A stretch of DNA of 64,000 nt from Phoronis australis. Its lineage: Eukaryota; Animalia; Phoronida. The notes beneath the pieces were generated by a model, which did not search any database, was not told the origin of the DNA, and saw only the letters and a list, made by a program, of their open reading frames with translations. Below are positions 48,201 to 62,120 of the stretch, one piece after another (position 1 is the first letter of the stretch; each line of letters starts with the position of its first letter). The stretch lies in contig NMRA01000006.1 in the NCBI GenBank assembly GCA_002633005.1, positions 1,587,742 to 1,651,741 of the forward strand, read 5' to 3'. The translations under genes and the position numbers were made by a program.

Positions 48201-50889
48201 TTGTTTTTATTAATTTCATTTTTTAGAAATCGAATGAAAATGTCCAGTTTGCGAGCGGATGAAGGGGGAAGGGTCGCGCAATGGATCACGCGTGTGAAAT
48301 TATCGTTTTCAGGATGCACGACCGCCTTGTTCAAGTTTCTTGGATCATGACAGATCATCGCTCCTCTGGCTGCCTTCAGTGCTCGACCACCCCCCCCTCT
48401 TGCCACTAAATTCTCCCNCCTTGCCACTAAATTCTCCCTGCTGGCCGTCACCGATTCTCGCCACGGTCGCCACCCCTCTCCTCCATCGGTTGCGCTGATC
48501 TCGGTTTTCGTTCACGAAATTGACGGTTCACGGTCTAGAAATAAAGACTCAAATTATGGTTAACTGATGGGAAGTACACCAGTTCCAACTTCACTCAAAG
48601 TAAAATTCCGCCGCGAAAAGCCCTTCGCCCCTCCCCTGTTCACATTTCAAACCTAGAACATGTCACATTGTCCTAAAATGCCACCAAGAAAGTGAACAAC
48701 GTCCCACTCTTAATATTAAAATGGATTATGAATTAATTCCCTTAGCCTGTTAAACTTTACAGTTAGCAATCTGAAGTAAAGTTTTATCTTATTATCCGAT
48801 GGTTACGGGTGAAGCGAAGCGTTGAGGTACTGGCAGAGCAACACTTGCGAGTAAGTCTGTACTTGATTGACTTATTTCACCGGTTTTGCCGGGTCAATCG
48901 GCAGACACCTGACCTCTTCTCGATGACAACTTTCGGATTACAACAGAGCCTCCAACTCTTCCGCCGTCGGCGGGACATCTCCCGCTTTAGAGATAATTTA
49001 TAAAATCCTCCGACATCCCGTCCACCTGATAAAAACCCCGCCTTTATTTTTTGTCACAAATATTTATAAAATATAACTTTCAGTCATATTTTGTGCTGTA
49101 TATGATAGAATTGATTTCCGCATTCTTGGCGAAACCAAAGACATATAGAAACACTCTCTCCCTATGTCCCTTATTTCTGTGGGCAAAACCATCCGACTTT
49201 GTTTTAGTAGTTTCCGATAAACCCTGTAGATGGGGCAATTGATCAAGTTACGGTGTTGTGATTACAAAAAAATTTCGAAGATATAATGACTCTAAAGACT
49301 TAAAATGTTTTTAGAAACCTCTCAGAAATGCTTAAAATACATCTCAGGGCGGCATCTTAATTAAAAAAATTTTCCGGTAGAGCATGTCCCCTCCCCCCTC
49401 CTTCCAGATTCGCTTCGTGCGTATCGCGCTCAATTAACTCCTCACTTCAGAATTTCAAAGATAGAGAATCCCCGTGTCTCACATTTGTCAAGTTGGATAT
49501 TTTGCTATTCTCCAATCAGATGTCTTAGCCGGTTGACCCCGCGGCGGCACCGGTGAAGTCAACTTTTTGAAATTCGATTATATTGTGACGCAACTTTTGG
49601 ATAGTTTCTATTATTTCCAAACGTGGCAGTAACTTGTATGGAAAATTATTTCCTGATACAAGTCCAAACCTACATTGCAAATATAATTAAAGGGATGCTA
49701 AACCCATTTTGGTGATTCCAACAAACATTAGTGCTGTCGCATGCTCAGTATAACACTAGCACCTCCCCTGAGCAATAGAATAATTATTCGAATATGAGGC
49801 ATTTCTTACACTTTGCACAAGATACATGCTGGTCGGTTATGAGGAGGAAGGGTCTTTGCTCACGTTCTGTAGCGGACTTAAACCGTTAGTCACACTTTCC
49901 AATTTTGCAGACTTTGTAGGGAATTCTCTAACTTGCCACAACCTTTTGAGGATTAGCTACTGTAACAAGGGATTAATTCATTTTAAATATTTAAATGTGC
50001 AAGACGCAGATAGTGTCAACTCGCTTCGACGTTTCTCGACATTAGTTAGATATTAAACGAACTTAAGGATATTAAGGAGAAAACTGCAAATGCAGATTTG
50101 AATTTAATTTGCCTAAGCGGCTATAAGTCTGCCTTCGCCCTTGAAAGATCATACTTTTGATTTAGATCACTTTCCATTGTACAAAATTGATTGTGGGTGC
50201 TGCTTTCTCAGATGAGGAACGATTTCTAGTGCCGGGGATAACTGACAGGTCCGTAATGCATGAAACCATGCTTTGCGCGGGTGACACCCTGTGACAAGCC
50301 AACTAATGGAGCTTCATTTCAACCAATAACGAATTGCCTGTTGCTTCCAGGTCCATAATTTCTATCAAATTTGAGAGGGGAAACAGATTTATAACTAAAT
50401 CAAAAGTTATTTTTTGACAGCCGAAGTGGGTTAGTAGCCTGTTTAATTCAAGGTGTAGCCGGAAAAATCGCGAATCTCTAGACATGTAATAATAAGTATT
50501 AATTTCGCTTAATATTCTTATCTCCATACCGTTGTTAAACGTATGTTATATTAAAAAACGAACTGCTAGCGATTGAATTACTTAATTTTACTGATGATTT
50601 CATTTTACTGAGTAATGATGAAATTAAATTGCCTTGTCAGGATCAGATATTTGAACGATAGAGGTCGCTATCTGTCAGTGCGATCAAATCTTAATATTTA
50701 CCGAGGGGAAAGGAGCAGGTTGTTTGCGAAAAAAAAAGATTTTTTTATTGGTATTCAGATTTCGGTGGTAAGTCCGAAAAAGAAAAGCCAACAGCTTACC
50801 AAACTCCTAGTGACTTTCAATTTCTTACTAAAAACATAATCTTGACGAAATAGTTAAAACGGAATGAAGACACGAGCTTGACCAGTAAC

Positions 50890-51349
50890 GGGCGGGACCC
50901 CCATAGACATGGGCGGGACCATGAGCGCAATGGGTCACACTGCGCTCTTTGAAGCGGTATTTGTGAGCGATTGCCTCGCAGAAAATTCGATGCTAGTTCA
51001 GTCCTAAGAAAATATGATACAGTAATACGATTTTACACGATTCATTAAGTAAATCATTGGTGGCCATATGGCTTGTAGAAACATGAAGTGTGTTTCAGTG
51101 TCATGTCAGAAAATTGACGCCGAAAGACACTGGGAATCAAGAGACGGAAGTGCTCTAGTAACATAAAACGTGTTCATTTTTACTGCAATGAAGTGGCTGC
51201 ACACGTCTTCCAAGCACGCAACATGTTTCTATCGACTGTAAGTACAAAATTAGATTTTCTGGGTTGTAGCGACTTTTCTCCCCTGAGACATTCGTCAGTT
51301 GTTGTTGGTAATTACCTCCCTTGTGAGCAAGTGCTCTTCGCATGACGTC
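50890..51349 (+). promoter_or_regulatory. Probable scribble upstream/promoter region
   Basis: Two GGGCGGGACC GC boxes (about 50890 and 50911), ETS-like CGGAAGTG (about 51145) and CRE TGACGTCA (about 51343) upstream of the ATG. Confidence 0.4.
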
Positions 51350-51500
51350 ACGCGTCCTACTCCCGAGTTCAAAATTTTCATGGCTGTGTGAATAATCTGA
51401 CCTACTTCGTACGCCTTTAGAAAGCACCAATGTCCACGCCCCGACTGACCTAGAGGTCCACGAAGGACAGCAATAACTGTGGTTGATGGTGAGGTAGTAA

Positions 51501-51686
<186 letters not shown>

Positions 51687-51721
51687 TAGCTCTCTCCTTG
51701 TAATAAACACTTTGGTAGTAG

Positions 51722-51928
<207 letters not shown>

Positions 51929-52924
51929 TGATTATGTTCCATTTTAGTACTTTTTTTCAACCACCTGGAAAACTTCCTGTCTTATCCAGACGGCCATCTT
52001 GAATTTCATACACCCAATAAGAGTGAGCAAGGTGTTAACCTCTGTTAAAAATGGCCTTATTCAGCTTCTTGAGAGAAATCTAACTTGTTTAAAAGTGCAT
52101 CAATGATGGAAATTTTCAGCTATCATCTTTGTGCTAGCTTTTAAAACTGATCGGTGGTGTCATTGCATAGAGTGCTATCCGTAGTGGTTGTGGTTTGTTA
52201 GGGTTTAAAATCATTATTCGGGTTAAATGTTTGAACAAAATAAGGTTAGAATACTAAATTTACAAGTGGGAAAGACGGTGATCCATTGGCTGTCATATAA
52301 CTGGCCAATGAGCTCCTGATCTCTATTAGTAGTTTGTAATGCTGGTGCTTTAATGGAATATTAAGAATTGTTCGTAAGAGGGGCGTGTCACTATTGTGGA
52401 GATTTGAATCAGTTTGGTGAAAATTTGTCTGAATCTTGTTTTGTGAAGTGTGACCTTTCTGGTTTCTGAGGTATGCCGTTCATAAGACCAACCTACGAAA
52501 AGGCAAATGCTTTTGAAAAATGTCAAGCTGTGAAAAGCACATTCTATAGAGTACACACTTGTTGCTGTGGTTTGTAATCCATGTTCATTTTGAGGCTGCA
52601 CTGCATTCTTTATATTTGTTAGGCCATAGTCTTGCTAGTTTGGAAAGATTAATTAACTCGGCTTGGTAACCCGTGTGTCACCAAAGCGACCTCGGGTTTT
52701 CTTTGGTGGCCTGGTAAAAATCCCAGATCGCTACAAGTTGTCACGAGTACCTGGGGGAGGCTATAGTGTAATTGTAATTGCAGTTGCGCGATCTTTCATG
52801 AACACTTACCTGTCTGACTTGTTACCGTATGTAATGACAAGTTGTTTTTGGCCTAATTTAGATTATTAGACCCAATTTACCTGGCAATGTTGTTGGTTTT
52901 CTCTAATTGATTATAAACCATTCA

Positions 52925-53395
52925 AACATTGTGTACAAAGCCACACATAGCCTCACACCTAATTACTTCACTACTAAATTCAAAGCAGTCAGAGATTCTC
53001 ACATTTACAATACTAGAGCGAGTGTTTCTGGCTGCTTGGTACCAGATAAACCTAAAAACAAAATGTGGCGAAAGAACTTGCACCTACAGACTTGCTGTCG
53101 CTTTCAACCAGCTGGGGAGTGGGGACTGCCAGAAATACTGGGACTTTGTGCGTGGTTCGGGACTGTGGGCCTCAGCTTATCGTTTCACTCTATTTTATCT
53201 TATTTATGCATCTAATTGTACACATTAACTATTTTTTATGCTACTTTATTTTATTTATTAATGTTTTCAATCTAATTGTACATAGCTCTGTATTTTACTT
53301 CATGTAATTATTTCTGACTGGGTCCACTTGAAAATCAGTGTATTCACTGAAGTGGTCACCCAGTCTTTCAAAGAAGTTTAAATATATAAATAAAT
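52925..53395 (+). mobile_element. 3' end of an L2/CR1-group LINE in scribble intron 2
   Basis: VYKATHSLTPNYF...HIYNTR...P-x-KTKCGERT...FNQL (frameshifted ORF2 C-terminus), T-rich 3' UTR, stem-loop at 53316-53366, taaataaa-type tail. Confidence 0.75.
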
Positions 53396-55581
53396 GTGAG
53401 GCAACAGGTCGCGGCGACACATATTAAAACGAAGATGGATAACACTGCTCCTGTTGGTGGGAGCTGTTTTAAAGTGGCGTGAATCCATGCTTCATCAAAG
53501 AAACTGACTTTATTTAAACTACTTACCCTGGTGGTGATATAAAACTGGGAAATGTTCTGTAGATGCAAGGCACTCACGAAAGAACAAAATCATGCAAATG
53601 ATAGTTGAGTAGTGCGCGAGTACGCTCCAGATGTTTCTAGTGTATATTGACAGAATGGCGACCTCTGAATTGTTTGATGGACTAGACTGAAATGTTGAAT
53701 TATGGGATAGAATCGGTGTTTCTGTTTCATAATGGTGATTTCTGGTTGCAAGTGTTACATCTGACTATTACCAATTGTTGAGTCTGCTTTTGAGCAATAA
53801 TGAACTGACATTTTTTCTGTGCCCAGAAATCACCTCTTGCCCGAATTAGGAACAATTCAACATCATTTGCTTAATGGTATGTGGTCTAAGTCAAAAAATA
53901 AGTTTTTGTGATGGTTTATAGCCACTTTTGTTAATGTTTTAATTGGTTATTAGAAATTGACACTTTTTTCGAACTTGTGTAAAATTTCCTTTGAGTTGAT
54001 GTAAAAAGTTGAGTGACAAAGATCCTTGCTGTTATTTTGAAAACTGTTGGTGATTACGTGGCATTTAGTGTATCTGGTGAAGGTCAGTCTTTACTCGAAC
54101 CTTAGGTCTTGAATCTCCCAGACGTACGGTACATGCAAGTTGCAACTAATTGACTGCGAAAACGGACTCGTTGGCTGGAGAAATGTGGTTCCCACATTCG
54201 ATTGAATTCCCTCGTTGGCCGTTGAGCTACTATTAGCTGTGTAATTTGACATTTAAAATTTACATCATAAGACGGAGATGATTTTTTGAGCTCGCCTGGC
54301 TCGAAAGCTGATCCATCACTGCGGTTTGGTGATCTCACAGGGACCACTGACATTCACTGTTGGAGGACTGTGAGCTGCACATTTGTTGTTACATACTGGT
54401 TTGTTTTATCACCTGTTGAGACCCTGATTTTCCATTTTCAAAATTAGAGAAATCTTTTAAGAAAACGTAAAATTCCATTCTTTCCGTTTTATTACTCGGG
54501 AGATTCCGTTTCACTGTTTCGCAGTGGGAATGGAAATTGCCTTACCTTAACGTTTTAACCAGTAACTTAGTGTATGGCCTGTTGATTGGTAAGTATGCAG
54601 TTGGTACCAAAGTGTTGCGAGGAAAACGACTGTCAATTCTTTGCTTATTTCGAATTCGGTGAAGTTGATTGTTTTCAAGTTCCAAGTTAACTGTGGTCTT
54701 TAAGTTCCTAAGTGTTTCCAGTTTGTTCAAAATTAAATCTGTTGACGGCTTTGGAAATTTAGCTCTTCAATGTCTTATTGTGGTCGCTGCTTGACAAACT
54801 ATATTGGCTCATTCTTCATGTAATAAATAGTGCAATATGTCCGACTAGTGTAATTCTGTTTTGTTAAATTTATCCTCAAAAATAAAGATTAAGAACATTT
54901 TGGTCTATTTCAAGCGCAGTTTGCTGTGTGTAGATGTCATAAAACAAGATCTGCTAAAGTTCCGATTTGCAAAAAAAGGCAATCAGCCAATTGAAAAATG
55001 GAAAATGACTGTTTTCGTAATTATTTTTGCGCATTTAGTAAGTGGAGAATTGCAGTAGTTATGACTAACTGGAGAACTGCTTTATGATAAAATGTCTGAA
55101 CTAAACCATGTTTTACAATTATCAGTTGTTTGCAATACAGATTGCCTGTCACTGACATTTTCTGTGACCTGTGTACATACCTTAACCTGGGCATAGAAAT
55201 GAGCGGTTGCTCTGAAAAATTTGTTGCAAGGTTAGCTTTTGGTTGTATGGTGTTGACATCATTTAGAAGTACTTTAGGTTCAAATTTAGCCCAAGCTAAG
55301 TAGCGTAATGTCTAAGTCTTGGTAATGTTGCTTGTGATCTTGTAACTACCGGTACAAGAATTCACCTATAAATGTTTTTCATCCCAGTTCATGAGAGGGT
55401 GACCTTTATTGCTGAGTACTGGCAGAAAGATATTTCCTTGAAACACTCCATGTTATGTTTTGATGTTGGCTTTTGCCAGACATGACACATGATGTTTGTA
55501 TTTTGTTATTGGGACAATTCTCATGTGCTGTTGTTCATTGATTGTTCACTGGTGATAAAGTATTGATGTGTTGCAGTATGC

Positions 55582-55711
55582 GAACTTAAAGCTATGAGAC
55601 AGTGAACTTATAGCTATGAGACAGTGAACTTATAGCTATGAGACAGTGAACTTATAGCTATGAGACAGTGAACTTATAGCTATGAGACAGTGAACTTATA
55701 GCTATGAGACA
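55582..55711. repeat. 22-bp minisatellite, about 6 copies (gaacttatagctatgagacagt)
   Basis: Direct observation; near-perfect units. Confidence 0.95.
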
Positions 55712-55865
55712 TTGTTATGAGTGGTAATGAGTTGCCTATAAACTTCATTTGTCTTGTTATGCAATATGAGATTGGATCAAGGTGAATGCTGTTCAGATTT
55801 CTAGATGTTCAGTGTCTGCCTTTAGTACAACAAAACATGTTAATTTGGTACAAACACTGACATAT

Positions 55866-55981
55866 TGATCATGTGGGTTTGATCAAGCGAGTCTGATCGT
55901 GTGGGTCTGATCACTTGGGTCTGATCACTTGGGTCTGATCACTTGGGTCTGATCACTTGGGTCTGATCACTTGGGTCTGAT
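55866..55981. repeat. 14-bp minisatellite, about 8 copies (tgatcacttgggtc)
   Basis: Three diverged 5' units followed by perfect units. Confidence 0.93.
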
Positions 55982-58900
55982 AATCTAAACATTTCCTGGT
56001 TGTTCTCTATGTTTGTCTAACCGTTCTAACCCATCTACTTGTTGACTAACTTTATAAGCCAGACAGCCTAGAATAAGTGTAGTAGTAGTCTTTGCAGTTG
56101 AAAACTCCAATGTTTCAGAAGTGAGGGAATGCCAATGAACGTCCCTGAAGCGATCAGCAGCTAACCATGTCTGTAGTGCACATTAAGGCATTGTAACCCC
56201 CTTGGCATTTTTTCAGTTTCAATGGGGTATGGTCAGTAGTTGCTAAGTCTAATTTGAAGCAGTGACGATGATGGTAATGTTATCATTAATGGAAATTCCA
56301 AACTCAGGGCAAATTTTCAATTGATGTACATCACTTAGGAGTTACGAGGTATACAGTTTTTCAGTAGTGAACATTTCCTAACTGTTACAACGGAAGAAGG
56401 TGTCGTTTAATGTTTTTAAGTGAGTACGGTTTTTGGTGACACTTGCGATAAGAACAGTTGTCTTATTTTAGCCTCTAGGTGTCACTGCTAAATCAAGGTT
56501 CTTTAAGAAACAAAGTTACTGTCACAATAAAATCTATTTATCTAAGTTCTGTTTTTAAGAGAATTTCCCCAGATTTCCTCAGTGGTATTTGAGACCAGTA
56601 TAATAATTGTACCCTAGCTAGGTTGCTGAGTTCTAGTGAGTGATATAGTACACATGGCACCACTTGTATACATGAAATGTGCAGTTATTGTGCACTATTG
56701 TCTTAGCTGCCAGGATAGGTTAAGTTTCTCTTTAGGGCATCATCAGATGTTTTTGATAGGTAAAATAGTGCTGTTTTGAAATTTTTCAACTTTGCCGTAT
56801 CATTGCTGAAAAAGGCCGCGGAGAACACTGAATGTTGGCAGTACTGAATGTTGGCAGTGCCTTTCCTATTTTTTTAACTGGTCTCCGGTCAATTGTATGC
56901 CGCAAGTGCTGGAAAACAGGTCTCCAAGGACATGTTAAAACAGGTCACGGAGAACACTGTGTAGTGACCAGTTTTCAATCCCTCTTTCCTGGTTCGGTGT
57001 GTGTTGGTAGATATGGTTCTCCATCCCCTTGTATCACAGGATTCTCCCCTGGTTTTCATTAGGTTTCCACCAGCTGGGTGGATTTGTAAACATTGATTTG
57101 ATGTAACCTGTCAGTAACCCATTTGCTCTTTACCAATGTTGGAATGTTCCCCTCTAAAATCTAAAATTAGCCCTGTTTCACTCTAATAATACATTCCTAA
57201 CCATCTCCACATTTCCATAATTTGTTTTGACCAGATCTCTGTTGCTTCTATTTCCCTAAGTCTCATGAGGGGTGTGTATACTACATTGTGTAACTTTGTT
57301 TTAGGCTTCCTGTTCAAGAGGTCACATAACTGTTGTTCAAGAATGTGAATTTCTTCAGTACCTGAACGTGTCCCTGTGACAGGCAGTTGCCCCAGCACAG
57401 GTTGTCCCTAGGACATGATAATTGGGTATAAACGACAAAATAAAAATCGAACTGACACTTTATTGCTTTACGTAGCGTGTGCCCAATCAGTTTGTTCAAA
57501 AGATGGATGTTGTACTTATTAGCTTCACACTTGTGCAGTTTACTCTGTGTAGACATTCCTGCACTGAGGTATGGGCACAGAGACTCTCCTTTTCTCTGGT
57601 AACTGGTCTGTTGTGTGCACGTTCAGATGTCCATCGTTTTGTACGTGCTCATTAACCTAAACGAGTTGCAAGAATCGAGTAAAAATGACACGCTGTTCCT
57701 CTACAGACATAAATTTTTATTCGCTAAATGTGTAAACTTCATTGGGCTAATTGCTTCATTTATTTGCTTGTGTGTTTTCAAATGATGCTTGAGTAATGGC
57801 GGTTGTTCTGTTGATTGTATGCGATTGTTGGTCACAAATATCAAGTGGGACCTTTGTGCAGCGCAGTCCAGATGTACTGAGCTAACAAAGATGAATTGTA
57901 AGTTCTTTTATTCGGGCAATGTAGCAATGTGAATCATTTGAAGATCCTAGACACCGCACTGATGATTTGACTGCTTGGTATAGTGTTGTATTGGAAAATG
58001 GCCATCTTTCAGTTCTTTACTTAGCACTGAACTAGTTGTCAAAATCGCATTTTTTAATTTTGCTATGTAAGGCTGAAAAGGTAGACTATACTAAAATTCA
58101 TTGTCATTTCTTAATGGCTCTAACAAGTAGATCTTTAACTCAATTTGTTTAGAAATTTGAATAAGAAAATATTAAATTAATACTTTTCTGTCATATTGGG
58201 TGCTAAGGAAACATATATTTCAGGATTTTCTCGTACGAACTTAACTTTGAATCCAGGGAAGTGTCAGTGTAAAGGGCAAAGTTAGCTAAATGTTTCAGAG
58301 GGTCTTGTGAAGTATGAAGCATACTTAGATATTAAATCAAATGTCAGTGGTGGTAGAATGGAGAATTTTGAAGTAAAATTATCAAATGATGCCACAGTAT
58401 GAGTCGTTATTGACACCGACACCTGGTGATAGCTCCAATGACTCCAAAGTTAGTTTTTCATATTGCAGAGAAGTGTTCTGCTCTTAAATCCATCCCTGTA
58501 TTTTGAAGTTAACTTAACATTCTTAACTTCCATCCGAAACCAAAGTTAAAATAACATCCGTACAAACTGGCACTGGATAAAAAACATCAACCCTTTGACG
58601 ATGGTATGAATATCCCATTAATGAGGGATATATGATGATGTATTTGATCCGCAGTGGCTAACAGTACCGGTAGGTCATTCATAATTTGTGGTGAATTCAG
58701 CGATAGTCATGATCCTTGAAAAGGAAGTGTCGTGCTTGGCGCGGCACACATTCAATCAGCTATCATTTGCATAAATTGTGCACGAAGTACCTGGACTACT
58801 TACCTGGTGTTAATTGACATTTCATCCTCAAGATCAATGGAAGCTGTGTCATTAGAGGGCAAATGGAGAGAACTTAGAAGTTCATAACGACTGCAATAAA

Positions 58901-61900
58901 TGTTCCTGGAATGTTTTATCTACCCAGACACGCGTACTGCGTACCTTGATTCTCACAAGGACGTTTTGAAATGCAAGTTGAACAGTCTACAATTTTTTCA
59001 TTTGGCAAAACTACAACTTATCTCATCAATTTTCTGTCTCATTCATTTGCTTGGTTTTCTGGAAGTGAGCCTAATGCAGTCATGGTTTTTTCTTTACCAT
59101 CTGTCTTCTTTAGCCACAGCTGTTTCTACTGTCCATTTGTAACTTAAGATTAATCTTTTACATGTATGCCCAGTAAAAGGATAAAAACAAGTTAAGTACT
59201 GCTGAATCTCCTGAGTGGTGTGAGACTTCACCTTATCATGCTGTCTGATTGGCTGTGCTTGTGTTTTATGGGAGATTTTTATTTTATCTTATCGTGCACT
59301 GTTATAACCCTGGTAATGTGGACTGTATGAAAACGATGTCAATATCGAACTATGAGTCACATCTTTTTATTCATGGTGACACCCACAATGGAAAATAAAT
59401 CATTGTTAGTCTGTGTTGTAAAACACTAAAACATTGGTCGTTCCTATTTTTATAATAGGTTTATTTGTACGCCTTACATGTATTGTTTGATGATATATTG
59501 GGAAGTGAAAACCTCTTGAATTGCTACAGAATTCAGACCATCTTGGACTTAGTATCCAAGGTGCCTGCTTTGTGTTCTATGGCACTTTGCCAGATGTCCG
59601 TGGCAGTGGTAGTATTTGGAGACACCCTACCCCTTCAAGATTAACTTCAGAACAGATGGCACTTCACTGAAGGTGTTCCTTTTAATGGAAGCTTCCACTC
59701 TTAGCCCATGCACAAAATTTGGTGAAAATCTACAGCAATGTTTTCGCTACGTGTGTTCAAACAGGACATTGGTTGTTTGGAATGTTTTGAAGTCTTGAGC
59801 CATGCTTGAAAAGCTGAGAAGTTAGTATGAAAAGTGTGAAATTTTCTGCTTTAGAAGGGGAATTATTGAAATTGAGTAATGCATTGTGGTGCCTATTTTT
59901 TCCTAAGTTCGTTGTAAAAATGACAGATATTCTATGATTATAGAACTTTGTTTTTGTGAATTATTAGAAAGGATGGTTGGGATGTGAAAACATGGTTTAA
60001 CACGGAATTTGCACCATGTTTCAAATTTTGCTGTTTTGAGATAGCTTATTCCCTTTGGCTCTTGTTAAGCTGCACATGCCGCAAGAAATTTTCAGTTATG
60101 AAATGGTAAGTGCCAATTCTGTCCTGTAATTCAACTTTATAGCCTGACCCATGAATAAATTCAGTGGCTGAAGTTAAGAATGCTGGCTAGTTTCAAATAA
60201 ACAAGATTTGGTTTCAGGATGTTCAATGTACATAATGCTCAATTGTACATTCTGGATTATCTTTTGTTTGATACTTTCTACTTTGCTGCAAGCAACTCTA
60301 ATACCATCTCTGCTGTGGTGACACCTTTTGGGCACAAATTAATACAATCCACCCACTTTTTCACATCCAAAGACTCCCAACGTTCAGCCTCATGCTTGTT
60401 CAAACGACCCATTTTTCCAGTGAATAATTTTTTTTTTTCGAAACTGTTGATGAGGTAGTGATCATGTCCACACTTTGTTAAGTGTGGCATAACCAAAAAA
60501 AGTGGTTCCAAATCCAAAGGTGTCTTTGTGTCTTGGGTACGAGAATTGAGCTCCAATTTTACTGTGAATGTGTAAACGTTCTCTAAGCACGGCTTTTCAT
60601 TTTTGCCCCATCTTATAAAAACAAAGAAAAATTATAACGTTGGGTAAAAGTTGTACTTGCCATTGCCAGCGCACAGTACTATTGTTATTTTCTAATATGA
60701 AAACAAAATAGTGGCGAAAAATGTTTCAGTGTGCTTGCCTTTGCTCAGTCTTACCTCGTGTATGTGAATGTGGTGCGGTTGTGTTGAGCACCTTCATGGA
60801 AAGTACTGCATTGATAAGGTTACCCCGTCATGATAATGTTAAATTTTTGAACATTCAAAGTTTGTGCTTAAAAATATTTTTTTAGTGTTTCCTTATCCTT
60901 AAGACGTAGGTGCTTCAAAATCCTAACCACGCCAAGTTGACCTTACCACCTGTTTATAGTAGAAGGCCTATCAGTCATTGGCTTTGTGTTGACTGGAGAT
61001 GTTTTCATTTTTCTTGTCTGAGTGTGGACAGAATGGCAAAACAATTGGCTCTGCTTGCCCCTGTTGCTACAGCAGGTGCATGCCTCTGGAGTGGCGATAA
61101 ACTTACTGGTTCTGTTATGAGTGGCTACATAGGGGTTTAAAAAACTTCAACAGCAGATGGTTTTTCAACAGGTAGTGTGTGTTAGAGATGGGCTGTGTTA
61201 CTGATAAGCTATATCTCATATAGTGAGCTTTTTTATCGGTGATTACGACGTCTTTCTCTTATCACGGGCTCCTTCTCTGCCAATGTGCTCTTTCTATGAA
61301 GAGGGGCTCTTTTTCTGACGATGAGCATCTACTAATGCTTTAACCTGTAACACTAAAAAGAAATGTTGCAATTGTCGTCGTTATACTTGGCGTGTTCATT
61401 TTTTGAGAGTTCGGTATTCACCACGTACTTTGCACATAAGTAATTGCCAAAAATTTTTCAATGGCCAGTTACCTTTTTACAAGTATTGAGAACTTAAGCG
61501 AGTGTTATGACATCTACACGCCGCTGGCTATGCTTGTCTTTTACTTTTGTGAAGAAATTTAACAACATTAAGTTGTACTTGTCGATTGTCAGCCATATTG
61601 TCTGCAAAATTAGTGAAGAATTATGGTGCCACTTTTACACAGACAAAACAAGTTCAACGACACTTCATTATCGATTTCCAAAAATAGTGCACACTTGCTT
61701 TGAGGTGATATTTACATATGTTTATTGCAGCTGGAATTGATGATTTTTTAAAGCAATGCGGGCACATGTCTCTCTAAAAATAACCCCTACTTGACATTTT
61801 TTAACCCATTTTTCCACTGCTTTGGTTAACTCTGTTTTGCCCCTGTTCTCATAAGCACCAGTTTTGTGACATTTGAGAAATTCTGTTATAATTTGGACAG

Positions 61901-62032
61901 TTTGGTGAATTAAAAAAATTTCAATGTTAGATTTTGAGCGTCTCATGGTTGAGTATTACGTTTTACTTAGTACAGACCTTATTATGCACTTAGTGAAATC
62001 AATTTCCATCTTTCAAAGGTTTCTAACATGGT

Positions 62033-62120
62033 AACGGTGCCCGAATTTTGAGAACAAGTTTTCTCCACTGAATAACGGGCACGAAACTGGTTCTCAAAAG
62101 TAAGGGCACGTTTTATCTGA
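62033..62120. mobile_element. Small palindromic repeat element, copy 2
   Basis: gtgccc...ttttgagaacaagttt / aaactggttctcaaaa...gggcac inverted arms; matches 37124-37213. Confidence 0.65.

Noticed and set aside
48385-48440. 20-nt tandem duplication around an N
   Set aside because: Duplicated sequence either side of an ambiguous base suggests an assembly overlap artefact; another N lies in a poly-C run near 9953.
58797-58808. TACTTACCTGG as the 5' end of U1 snRNA
   Set aside because: No U1 body follows; it is just the reverse complement of a consensus splice donor.
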